From the NCBI GenBank assembly GCA_905331295.1, contig CAJNYD010000007.1, positions 96,062 through 116,061 on the forward strand: a stretch of DNA of 20,000 nucleotides, written 5' to 3'. This stretch comes from Rotaria socialis. Lineage: Eukaryota. A program made the position numbers and the translations under genes. Under the pieces are notes generated by a model. It saw only the letters and a program-made list of their open reading frames with translations, was not told the DNA's origin and made no database searches. Below, piece after piece: positions 1 through 11,400 of the stretch (positions are counted from its first letter, which is position 1; the number at the start of each line of letters is the position of its first letter).

Positions 1-140
1 AAAATTGAACATTGATTCAATCGCATTATTATCTATGTCGTCGAACAATACAGATCCAACTAGTCAGGTGAGAATCTTCATGTACTCGATTTCTTCAAGT
101 GATATTAAATGATCAATAGAGATCATTTTTACGTATAAAA

Positions 141-172
<32 letters not shown>

Positions 173-1368
173 GCATATAATTTCAAAAAACTATCGACTT
201 ATTTGAAAATAGGAATGCTGTATTTACAGCGGTGAAAATTCTTACTATACTCATCACTGTTATTAAATATAACAAGAGTTTCATCTGTATTTCTGTTGTT
301 TTGTGAAGTTAATCATAAGGAATGCGTTCATAAAATCGACAGCAATAAAATTAACACAAACACATTTCATGAGTTCGTTTTTGAACATTTGTGTCAGTAA
401 GTAGATGAGAAAACAACAAAGAAAGTTAATAGAATATACTTCTAATTATTTTACTAGTTATTAGTATAATAAATAGTAGATATTTTCTGAAAAGAAAAAT
501 TAAACTCTTAAAAACTCTATCATGCATATTTCAAATATTCGCAAAAATTATTTTATTTTTTAATTTAGTGTAATTCTTGAAGTTTTTTTAATTTCATTGT
601 TTTTTTCTTTTTTTGTTGTTTTAGAATCCAACGTCGAATCTGCTCGACTCTAATCAATCAACTTTGAGTATTGATAAATGGAATGTCTTATCAAATTTAG
701 TTCGATGCTTCGATGAAAATAGTGGCTGTAAATTTGTCGCAGATTTTATCGAAGAACAAAGTGCCTTACCTCTTAAATTACGATTCAAATATTCATCAGT
801 GAATCCATTTTTTACATCGATGATGAGTAAAGTTCAACTTGTATTCGAAAAAAATCGCGATTTCCTCTTATTATCTCAACATGATCGTACTGTTTTACTT
901 AAAAATACAGTGGAGTACACAGCAACTATTGGCGGAATGTTTATTTTGCGTCAATCAAGATTATTAGACGACTGCAGCTTTTCTCAATCTGCTGAGATGA
1001 TATTTCAACCATCTGGAATGATTTTCATTAAACGTGTTATTGATCAATTTGATTCTGATGATACATTTATTAAATTAATACTTGTAATTCTTGCATTCGC
1101 GACAATCAATTATACTGTATATAGCAAAAATATTCAGATTGATTTGACAAATATGAAAGTAATTTTACCAATTCAAGATATGTATACCGAGTTAACATGG
1201 CAATATCTTGTGGACAAATATGGCTACCAACAAGCAGTGAAACGTTTTTCAAATCTTTTAAAATGCCTTTTTTCTGTAACTAAAGCCATTGTTGAAATAC
1301 GTCGAGTACAAAAGTTTACGGATATTATTAATTCAATTATTGAACAGACTGAAGAAACCATTTTTTAA
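1..1368 (+). CDS. Nuclear hormone receptor, 5'-partial (hinge plus ligand-binding domain). Exons <1..67 and 625..1368, phase-0 intron 68..624
   Basis: Exon 2..67 is open (KLNIDSIALLSMSSNNTDPTSQ) and ends at CAG|GTGAGA. A polypyrimidine tract plus TTAG ends at 624 and joins in frame to NPTSNLLDSNQSTLSIDKWNVLSNLVRCFDE. The LBD signature-like FLLLSQHDRTVLLKN matches the nuclear receptor F-x2-L-x3-D(Q/R)-x2-LLK motif. Helix 9/10-like segments follow (YTELTWQYLVDKYGYQQAVKRFSNLLKCL), with an AF-2-like end and TAA at 1366-1368. The DNA-binding domain would lie upstream of the window. Confidence 0.85.
144..171. repeat. (TAA)n microsatellite, about 9 units, inside the receptor intron
   Basis: Directly visible run taataataataataataataataataat. 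Confidence 0.9.
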
Positions 1369-2110
1369 TAGTGTTTGCGTCTTTTTTGTTATTTATTTAG
1401 TTTCGAAAAGAATATTTCTGAAAAAAAAGAACAAAAACACTCGGTTACATGAATTCAATAATTTGAATGGCAATCGGTTCGTTTTGTTCTATTCTTGCAT
1501 CTGCCTGTTTAGTCTATTGTAATCGAAAATAATATTTCTCGGAATAAAAGCGCAACAAAAATTCATTTCTATATAGAAACATTTCTGCATGTAAATAAAT
1601 TAGTTGCATCCGCTATAGACGCACATAGAAATATGCTCATTCTTTTGATGATTTTGGCAAACAATATGAATAAACTGAGAATGAACTTAATGCATTGATA
1701 GAAAATATTGTATTAATAATTATTTGAACTGAACTTGGCTTTATTATTGTCAACTTGTCAAGCATTCAAGGGCTATCAACGATATTTATATATGTACATT
1801 GATCTATAATATATTAGTAAACTTCATTTCTTGAAAATTTATAAATCTACGTAATGGTTCTAACGTAAGTTCTGCTTGCTACATTATTATAGTTATAAAT
1901 TATTTTCAATTTTCACCATGATCCAGTTCACATTTTCGTAATCATCATTCAAAATTTAATGCATATATGTTTCAGTCACAAAAAATGACTCGTTCTTTGT
2001 ATTCTCTCTTGAGATCAAACTATCAGTCATTTCCGAATTATCATGATTTATTCAATATAAGCATTAAATTTTGAAAACAATAAACTTAACTCTTTATAAA
2101 CAACGTTAAA

Positions 2111-4159
2111 TTAAGCATTCGATACACTACTAAGTTCATAGCTACCCTCATTACTTTCACCACTATGACTCCAGTTCGTAAATGGGTGCAGTATACCGTT
2201 AATTACACCACTTGACCTCTTCATCCAAAGAAGAGCAACAATGAATCCTATCCAAACAATAGGAATCAATACGGCCATAACGATTATGTGACTTTTTTCT
2301 CGAGGAAGTATTTTTTTGTACGAATCAATGACAACATTTTCAACGATCTCTACTGTGGTGGTTTGTGACATTGCGGTAGTTGTTATTGTCGATTTGCTAG
2401 TTATAGGAATAATAGGAGACGTTGTAATGGTTTGTGTAAATGGAATAGTAATGGTGCTAGTAGTTTCCATTGAAATCGATGCCGCTGATAAAGAAGTAGT
2501 TTCATATGACTACAGAAAAGTAAACAAATATTAATGCGCACAAACACAACCTATTATTGAACACTTACTGTAAGGCTGATTGTTGTTGTAGTGGATGAAG
2601 CGGATTGAGCTGTTAAAATCTCAATCATGGACGTCATAGTTGTGGTAGTTGTTGTACTTGTTAATTGAGTAGTTGACGTAGTCTGTACCAGTTCTGTCGT
2701 TGTCTCAACTGACTCGCTCGTTGTAGTAGTAGTGGTGGTAGTTGATGTTGATGTCTCAACTTGTTCATAAGTTGTAGTGGTAGCAGTAATTGCTGCTATT
2801 GTTGTCTCAGCTGGCTCAGGCGTTGTAGGCGTTGTAGAAGTAGTTGTTGTTGTTGTTGAGTTTGTTGTTGTCTCAGCTGGTTGATGTGGTGTAGTTGTGG
2901 TAGTTGATGGCTCCGCTGGTTCAGGTGTTGTAGTGGTGGAAGTTGATGTCTCAACTGGTTCATAAGTTGTAGTGGTAGCAGTAGTTACTGTTACTGCTGT
3001 CTCAGCTGTCTCAGGCGTTGTAGCAGTAGTTGTTGTCGATGTTGTTGTCACTGATGTGTCAACTGGTTCATGCGTTGTAGTGGTGGTAGTAGTAGTCACT
3101 GTTGAAGTCTCAGCTGGTATGGTTGTCGTAGTTATTTGGATTGGCACTGATGTTACCGCTGTTGGGTCAGAAGTTATATGTTGATCATCTAAACGTATTA
3201 CAATTGAAAAATAATCGCTTTTTCGTCAATGTATACGTACCGCAACTGCCTTCGCGTATTGAAATCTCATCAAATCCCACAGTCGGTACTTGAAAACCAG
3301 ATGTTCTCTGTGCTTCAAAATAGAGCTAAAAAGTTGTTAAATAAAACCGTTACTAAAATGTTTGTTTTTTGTCTGAGAAGTATCAAACTTTATAGCCACG
3401 TGTTTCAGCTTTGAAGAGTATTTTACGCTGTATCCATCCGTTGAATGGACTACTTGTGACAGAGTCAATGATTTCTTTTGTTCCACTTGTTTCCTCCTTA
3501 GTTACGGTGATAATTTTCGTGCCTAACATACTAGACATGTAATAGTAATAAATAAGACATTGCTGATCTAAACTATCAATTCCGCCAGATTCCGTTTTAA
3601 GTTGAAAGGATTTTTTGATATTATCATTTAATGATACTGAGCTAAATTTTCCTAAAAGAAAAAAAGTGTAAAACAAATAAAAACATGCGATTTGGCACTT
3701 GTTCACCTAACCTGGTTTACATGTACTATTTGAATTATTTTCTGTTGGGCAATATCCTCTGTTACAAAAATACATCTGCCAACTAAATGAGCCGACTTTA
3801 TAAGGTAATTTGCATGCTTCACCGCTATCTGTAGGCTTCACTAAATAGACATATATATTCTAAATTAAGAGAATATATGGTGAACTACAAATTTTATCTT
3901 ACAACTAGAGGTCACATCTGATAAAGGTCCATTAGGCACTACGGCATTCGGATTTCCTATATTTGCAGCAACATTTATTGTTGATGTGAAACAGTTGTTA
4001 GCAGAAGTTGCGTCGTCAAAGTTACAATCATATACTGTCTTTGCATGTATGCATGAAATGTAATTAAGAACTACAGACAATATTAAAACGAATGCATGTT
4101 TCTAATAATCAATTTATGAAGATCTTACCAACAAATACAACGCATAATAGTTCCCGCAT
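2111..4159 (-). CDS. Type I membrane glycoprotein: signal peptide, MAM-like domain, Thr-rich mucin stalk, TM helix, short cytoplasmic tail (564 aa, 7 exons: 4159-4129, 4070-3903, 3840-3712, 3651-3389, 3325-3241, 3188-2569, 2509-2111)
   Basis: All six introns are GT-AG and 52-63 nt long. The spliced length of 1695 nt gives one open frame. The N-terminus MRELLCVVFVVLNYISCIHA is signal-peptide-like. MAM hallmarks are YDCNFDD, QQCLIYYYYM, FNGWIQRKI, YKLYFEA and VGFDEISIREGSC. The Thr/Ser/Pro/Glu stalk is followed by TM segment IIVMAVLIPIVWIGFIVALLWM and a KR stop-transfer. Confidence 0.85.
2580..3130 (-). repeat. Imperfect coding tandem repeat (poly-Thr plus (P/Y/H)EP(A/V)ET units) in the mucin stalk
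   Basis: Recurring units TTTTHEPVDTS, TTTYEPVETS, TTTPEPAEPS, TTPEPAETT and TTTYEQVETS. The 42-nt blocks 2747-2788 and 2942-2983 differ at one base. Confidence 0.8.
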
Positions 4160-6386
4160 GATTTTGTTTTTTCTCACCAAAGCACAGATTTCAATTTATT
4201 TAGCATATCTTGCTTTTTCACTGTTTTATATTTAAGATAACAGACATTCTATGTTATCTTTGGTCAAAATAAACGAAATTACTCTCTTCTCTTTCTATTA
4301 CCGTATCATTCCTAACCTACCGCATGGCCATAGCGAACATATAGCATAGCTAGCTATCTTTATCAACAGCCAAATAATCGTAAATCCTTAGATTTTATTG
4401 TTTTCATGGTATCAATTTCAGCGTGATCTCGTTTAACTTATTTAGCTATTCAAGAATTCTGAAGTTAAAATATAAAAGAAACTTTTAAGACTGTTCTTTA
4501 TTCGTTAAATTAATCTCTGTCGTAAACATCGCTTCGTAAATATTTCTTATTAAGACAATGAACGTAACTAAACTATGAAAAAGCCAATTTTAACTTTGTA
4601 ATGTTAACTGGAATAACTGTTTTACTTAATTGATGATCACAAATTATAATGTCAATCTATACAATGGTGATATTTGCTTCATTTTTTGAATATACCAAAG
4701 GCGATTTCAACTATTTGCTTTTAATTTAACTGCTGTTTTAAAATATTTATCAGGTACTTCATGGTATATCACAGTTTAGTATTAAGAATCATCCTGATTT
4801 TGTACTATGGGTTAGTGTCTCAGAATCTTCTTCATAAAGAAGCATGTTTCGCTGAAAATGTAAATTCAGTGTATAAACTCATGAATACAATGCTGTACAA
4901 AAATCATTATTTCATCTCAGTATCTCTAACTTCTATAGAAATTGACTGGATTTTATCAGTTTTAAAATTTATCAAAGCATAACTCAAATAAATGAATATG
5001 TTGGCAAAGCGAAACTAAGTTTATTTTGTATTACTACATCGAAAGCTTCATGTCAGATAGAAAAATTCTAGAAGATTATATTGAATATTATTGATCGTCA
5101 TTTCTACTTGAATTCGCTTTCTCTCGACCATAAGCAGTATGACTAAGCAAGAATAAATTTCTACTTCATGTATTTATTTCATCTGAATAAAACTTATGAT
5201 TCCGAGAGCATTAGCATGTAAATACATCGATTAAAATAGTATCCAGAAAGATTCATGGCTAATGTTTAGAACACAAATTTGTTTATGCAACAAAAAAGAG
5301 GTTCGCTAAAAACATTTTATTTATAATCGTGAGTATTGTTTTGTTTAAAATCAAATACACTACCAAGTTTCTTATTGAAAGTGTCAAAACAATAGTTTTT
5401 TCTCATTTGACAAATACTAATAAGTTAATAGTTGCATTCGATTAGAAACACTTTTATTGATAACGGTCACATTTCCGATAGAAATTTCCACTTTTTACTC
5501 TTTCTTCTATGCAGAACTTGACGAAAACCACTCTCATGAGAATCGTCAAACATACTATATAAGGCAACGTTTAGAACAACTTCTCAAATCGATGTGTGCG
5601 TCATATAATCTATTTCAGATAGAGTTTATAATGGAAACTAACACATAGCATTTACAAATGGAACCACTTGACAAAAACCCAAAAATAATTTGTGTACTTT
5701 TTTAGTTTATAGAAACTTCACAAAAACAATGATTCCAAACAGTAATTAAAACTAGAAATCAACTGTAAAATGAATGGCAAGTGCTTAAAATTGATTGATC
5801 GGTGGTACCACTCAAATTTTCCGTAAATCTAAATTTAACCGAAAGCAAAACCGTCGAAAAATAAAAGTAGAAAATTAAATTGTAGAAAATAAACACGTCG
5901 TGTGTTGTAAATTTGGAGAATAACATGTCGCACGGTTGAGAACATCGCAAGAGCATGCATGACAGCAGTGCAAAACAAGATATTATTATAGGATCACTTA
6001 AAAAAGAACTATGTTCACATGTTAAATATACAAGGATTATATTTTTGCCAAAAGCATGCGCTGGACTAATGACTACTACAATGGAAGTGATACATTGTAT
6101 ATAACTGTATCAGTCAACTAAGATTCAACGAATCTGAGTGCCAATGAATTCAGCTACACTTGTAACCAATTGTGTGTGTATTAACTTGATATCCCCATGC
6201 CCACACTCGAAATAACGGGTGGGCCATAAATAATGAAGGGTTCAGTATTTCGTAAATATCTCATGAAGCTTTTACCCCTTAGACTTTGTGTTTCTTTAGA
6301 AAGATTCCTCATTCAATTCTCTACAAAAAGATATGAAAAGAGTTGACAAAAAATATATACATGAAACTCTATCTAGTGAGCTCTAG

Positions 6387-6486
6387 NNNNNNNNNNNNNN
6401 NNNNNNNNNNNNNNNNNNNNNNNNNNNNNNNNNNNNNNNNNNNNNNNNNNNNNNNNNNNNNNNNNNNNNNNNNNNNNNNNNNNNNN
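6387..6486. other. Assembly gap (100 N)
   Basis: Run of exactly 100 N, which usually marks a gap of unknown size. Confidence 0.99.
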
Positions 6487-6615
6487 CGTCAAGTTGGCGA
6501 AGATAAATGTGGTTATTTGGAAGATCGTCGTCCCGCATCGAACTGTGACCCATATGCTGTGACAGATATCATTGTACGAACTGTATGTCTTAATGAAAAA
6601 GATACTGAATCATAA
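6487..6615 (+). CDS. GLUL: Glutamine synthetase type II, C-terminal fragment (5'-partial; the rest is missing in or beyond the gap)
   Basis: [37 protein letters not shown] carries the canonical GSII C-terminal motif GY(L/F)EDRRP(A/S)(S/A)NCDPY. The stop is TAA at 6613-6615, with AATAAA shortly downstream. Confidence 0.92.
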   Translation, partial: RQVGEDKCGYLEDRRPASNCDPYAVTDIIVRTVCLNEKDTES

Positions 6616-9600
6616 AAATGATTTTCAATTGAAATAAACTTATCATTGCAAAACAGCTAACTACTCTAGTAGTGTTGTAGCAAACTGGTTCTTATAAACT
6701 CAATGGATCGCTTTTTTTTATACTTTTTTCATTTGTTGTTTTCTTGCTAGTGAAATTATTGCTCACATAGTAATAAATATATTTGTTTACTATTACATGA
6801 GAATATGTCACGAGATAAATATTTTTGATAAACATAGATGATTTGCACGTTTTGTTTTTGTCTCACGACATTTGTTTTATCATTTGTGTATCAAAAAGTC
6901 CCGTGTGAAATTTTACCTGGCAAATATGTTTAAACTTTGAAATAAAGGCCAACGATAAATTACCATTGATTTTATTCCTATATGTCGTAAAAATATTAAA
7001 TACATACGTATCAAACGGGATCAATGTTCTGCTCTAACTTCGTTGCTGACAGGTTGGTGCGATACAATATCATAAAGACGTGGCCTTTTTTCTTTCTATT
7101 AAACAGAACACAATGGCCGGTGAAAAATTTCATCAAAGAACTTGATCTGAAATGTACGGCCAAGGTCATAAAAAAACACTGACAATATGTTCCTGGTGTA
7201 ACAATAGAGAACTATATTATAATGTATTGCAAAAGAAGAAACATTCTAATTACTGATTTTATAACAGTCGATAAGAAATTTTTCATACCGTTTTCTGGTA
7301 TTACCTATTTTTTGGTGAGGTTTGTTCAGAGAAAAATACTTAATTCTACTCGAAATCATGATCTATTAATAGAATGCACTTCACTGATGAACTTTTCTAA
7401 CAAAATTGCCTTGCAGCTCTATAAAGTTCATGATATATTTGGAATAAAATTTTCTATCAATTAGTCTTTTATATGTCAAATCGATGATTTAAATATCAGA
7501 CGAAAGCTAATTTCTATGATTTTTCGTGATCTAGACAAAACATTTATGATCAAGCTCTTTTCTATATGTAAAACAAAAAGGAATCAAAATTTATCATATT
7601 GAATTACAATAATATATTTTAGACGAGATGAATTCACAACTGTTCCCTCCCAAATAATTTGAAAGAAAACAAATGCATCATGTTAAAGAGTTTTTAACTT
7701 TAGTAGACATTTTATTGCAAGCTTGATTTTAGTAGTATCTTATCAAATATTTTATGAATTATCAGTTCATTAGACATTATTGTAGGAATTTAGCTAAGCT
7801 TTTGTATTCTCACTTAGAATATATTTTAAAATTTTTGTAGAAGTTTCGCGAAAATAAATTAGTTCCAGCATTTTCAATAGCGTTTCAAGAAAGAAAAAAA
7901 CAATCATAGTTTTTGAAATCGCTTTAATGGTAAATAAAAAGCTTGTTGGGTGTATATCTCAATGGAATATATTTTTTTTCAAAATGAAAAGAATCTATAT
8001 CAACCATATTAATATTAGTATCAATCAGTCGATGGTTGCGATTAAGATTTAGTCTCACTCTCACGCACTCAAATAATTAGCTCGAGATTATAATGGCTCT
8101 TTATGGTTCATAAAAGAGAGGCAGCTAGTTTTGTTCGCCATTGCGTGCACATGGTTGCTATTTTTATAATATTAATAAGCGTTCAGTGTAAATTTTTATG
8201 ATGAATATATTCTGTCTATGCGAATGTCGATGAATAACAACAGTGTCTGAGTTTTCATCATGTTTCTATTAATAAATATAAATGATATTTCTATTTTCTG
8301 TCATTATTTAGAACATTAATAAATAGAGTTAATTGAAATTGAAGTTAATTCCTCTCAAAAAGACAAAATGTTGAAATATTAATAACAAATTACGTTCATG
8401 TCAACTCAAGAAACATAATGTTCATACATTCTAGAAGAATTTTATCTCCGAAAATGCCTGCTATTATATTCTAATAGTTAGTTCCATTTATAACTAATTA
8501 AAAAGAAAACAAAAGTTTATTACTGTCTATTGCGAAAAAAGAAAAAGAAGCGCGTCATGCGAAGACAAAGACATTGTGAATTGACGCTCGTGAACTAAAA
8601 GTAACGGTCGGTTCACATTAAATTAACGGGGAAAAAACCTTTTTTCTTTCAAGTGGCCCGTTGAACAGGTGTGAAGATTTTAAATATTCAAGATTCAATT
8701 TCTAAGTGTTCACGCTTTTATTCAATAGAGAAAAATGTTCTTTTATTGCAGCAAACACGATCGATAGTTCTAGATTTTATTTATTCAAGAATCAAAGCAT
8801 CCTCCTGAAGATCTTAGCGTTCTACTAGTTGATCCTAGATTACGTAAAATGAGCTATTCATCATGTTGAGCTGATCAGTGATGTTTACTTTCATCCTGAA
8901 AATAATCTACAAATATTATATTGAAGTTTTCAAAAATAGGATCCGTTGACATAGTAAAGCTGAAAAGAATCATTAATAGACAACACAGAGAGATTTAAAA
9001 AAGGTCCTATTTAGAACTCGTTTTAAGTACTCCAAGTCACCTAGTCGATATCATTGATCTTTAAAAATATTTTTAAGCCGTAACATTATACAAGCTAAAA
9101 GTCTTTAATGTACGAAGGTTCATATTGAACAATTATCTCTCTCGGATTTATTCTCCAATGCTTAACATTCAAATTTTTTTCATTGTATGACTTGATAGTT
9201 TTCTACATGTAAACTTGAAAGTAAACTATATAGAAATCTTATAGTTCAAGGCTCCCTAAACTTATCTACTATTCAGCAAAGACAATGCTCCTCCGTGTTC
9301 TCGTATTCTTTAAGTTGGCATGTTTCGTCTTCTCTATTTGGTAATACAAAGTAATATTGATTAAGCTTCATCCATAGATTTCTCGGTATTGAAATAATAA
9401 TAATAATCAGTCATAATATTTCTTTTCTGTTTAACTAGAAGATACAAAAAAAAATATAAGAATTCATCTCTATGAAGAACAACAGTTTCCTCGCCATTAA
9501 CGATTCAGATTCAAAGATCAAGAAAAAAAGAAAAAAGATTCTTCGAGCAACAATAATTCAATCGGTTTTTTCTCGCTCAATGAAGCATAAATTCAAAAAC

Positions 9601-10236
9601 AGACGAATAGATTGTAGTGAACAGGATCTTTTTCTTCGTTATGATAGGATCAAATTGTAACTATGTGTATTTTAATTTCATTGCAAAAGGAAACTCATTT
9701 CCTTTGAACGGATAGATACAAATATCAGTCAATAGTTTCCTCGTAAGAAAATATATCAGTGAATAATCTGAATAATTGCTTCCATTTTCTCACGCTATTT
9801 TTGATTAAAATTTACATCAAGAAGCCGCACCATCATAATTATTAACATCAGAACGAGTTCTTTTGTTTTCTCATTTCATAACACTTCAGTAACTGTTCAA
9901 TGGCTCTTTTTATTTTGTTAGTTAGTTAAGACATCTGTGACTTGAGAGCTATTGATCATCATCAATATAATTATAATGAAATAATACGATATTATTAATA
10001 TAAATAGATGGTGCATTTGAATAGGTTTTTTTTGTGCAGTACAATCGATTATTAATACATTTTCTTATTCATTTATTTGACAGGATATAAAATGACGAAA
10101 AGAAAAACGAGAGAAAGAAAAAGAGACATGCGTCATAATGAAAAAAAAATACAAGATTGGCAAATAAATCGGAGCGCTTCATCAATAAGAAAAATCTGTA
10201 GGTAGAATTTAAATGCAAGAGAAAAAAACATAAATC

Positions 10237-11115
10237 ATGACCAACAATTCTTGCACCAGAATAACTTGTATGCGTGGTAAGACAATACAACAGCGTAATT
10301 TTTCGCAGCACTGTTCCAGTAAACATCATATATCATTTATTACAAAACAAGAATTAAATGACACAAATAAATTATTATCAATCGATTTAATATTTAATCT
10401 AGCGGCATATTTACGAGAAAAGGATTTACATTCAAATAAAATACGTACTCAAACAATCGTTCAGAGATATGAACATATCGATCCATATACAAAAGTTAAA
10501 CTCAAATTAGAGAATAATGAAAATATTTCAGCAAACTTTCGTATTGATCATATTCATGCAGCACAAATACTTGCATCTACTATTAAACATGCACCGGAAT
10601 TAGTACCTCGAGATGGAAATGTACTTACATTGCGTCCATTACGAAACATAGTTAATGATATATCAAGTTTAGCTATAACGGAAGCATTCATTAATCGATC
10701 GAAAGGTCAGGCTATTAAATATTTTCTTGGACATTACGGGATCAGTCGAGATATGTCACTTTTGACAGCTTTTATTCAGACTACTAACGGAAAAGAAAGA
10801 TCAATAGCAAAATTTTCAAAAAATGTTGTCGATCTAATAAGGAATCAATCTAACATTATGCCCGAAATTCTGTATTCTGTAAATTATTTAAAATAGGTTT
10901 TCTATGAAAGAGTGAATGAATTTCATCAAAAAGAGACAAGTCCTAACATGAGTAATGCAATACAAGAAGTCCGAATGGATAATGAGCATATAACTGGTGC
11001 ATGCTGTTATGAAATGGTAGCGAAACAATTCGATACGATAATTGATCGAATGAAATTAGATTGGAATGAAGGTACTAAACTTCGAAACGGAAAAGTCTAT
11101 CAAGCATATAAATGA
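10237..11115 (+). pseudogene. C2H2 zinc finger plus HNH/His-Me finger nuclease-like protein; frame interrupted by TAG at 10894-10896 (probable pseudogene or unresolved splicing)
   Basis: ORFs 10237..10896 and 10912..11115 are in the same frame (offset 675 nt). The N-terminal C-x4-C-x13-H-x4-H is CTRITC...HCSSKH. The central DPYT...FRIDHIHAAQ...VNDISSLAITEAFINRSKG has the D-H ... (N)L ... N-x2-KG spacing of beta-beta-alpha-metal nucleases. Confidence 0.6.
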
Positions 11116-11173
11116 CCTATATGTGCATGTATATCGAAGATGATGACTCTCATTGTATATGATATCTTCTACA

Positions 11174-11400
11174 TCTATCATTATCTTACAAAACACATTT
11201 GTCCAACTTTGATGTCGCAATATGATAAGTATGACAAAAAACGAACGTGTGAGCGTGTTGTTTTCATCATCGTGTTTAGAGTTGTGTATGATCCTCGTTC
11301 CTTCTTTTTTTGTTTCGAACGGCAAGTGAACGTCATCTTATTACACAACAACCCTTGCACGCGCTGTCTTCATTTTATCGAGCAAGGTCCTATAGTCTAG
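11174..11400 (+). mobile_element. Short non-autonomous Helitron-like element (about 227 bp)
   Basis: It begins A|TCTATCATTATCTTACAAAA (5' TC after an A). It ends with a hairpin CCTTGCACG (11353-11361) / CGAGCAAGG (11379-11387, 8/9 paired), 9 nt before a terminal CTAG (11397-11400). There is no TIR or TSD. The base after CTAG is C rather than the canonical T. Confidence 0.55.

Noticed and set aside
1289..1522. 77-aa ORF overlapping the receptor 3' end
   Set aside because: It is an alternative frame running into AT-rich 3' UTR, with no recognisable motif.
2316..3184. Val-rich plus-strand ORFs 2316..2534 and 2972..3184
   Set aside because: They are antisense shadows of the Thr (ACN) codons in the minus-strand mucin gene.
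6343..6386. N-terminal part of the 90-aa ORF read through the N gap
   Set aside because: This is an artefact of translating Ns; MTKNIYMKLYLVSS has no glutamine synthetase similarity.
4761..9660. Small ORFs 4761..4982, 5457..5648, 5759..5956, 7222..7464 and 9472..9660
   Set aside because: Their composition is typical of chance ORFs in AT-rich intergenic DNA, with no motifs or exon chain.
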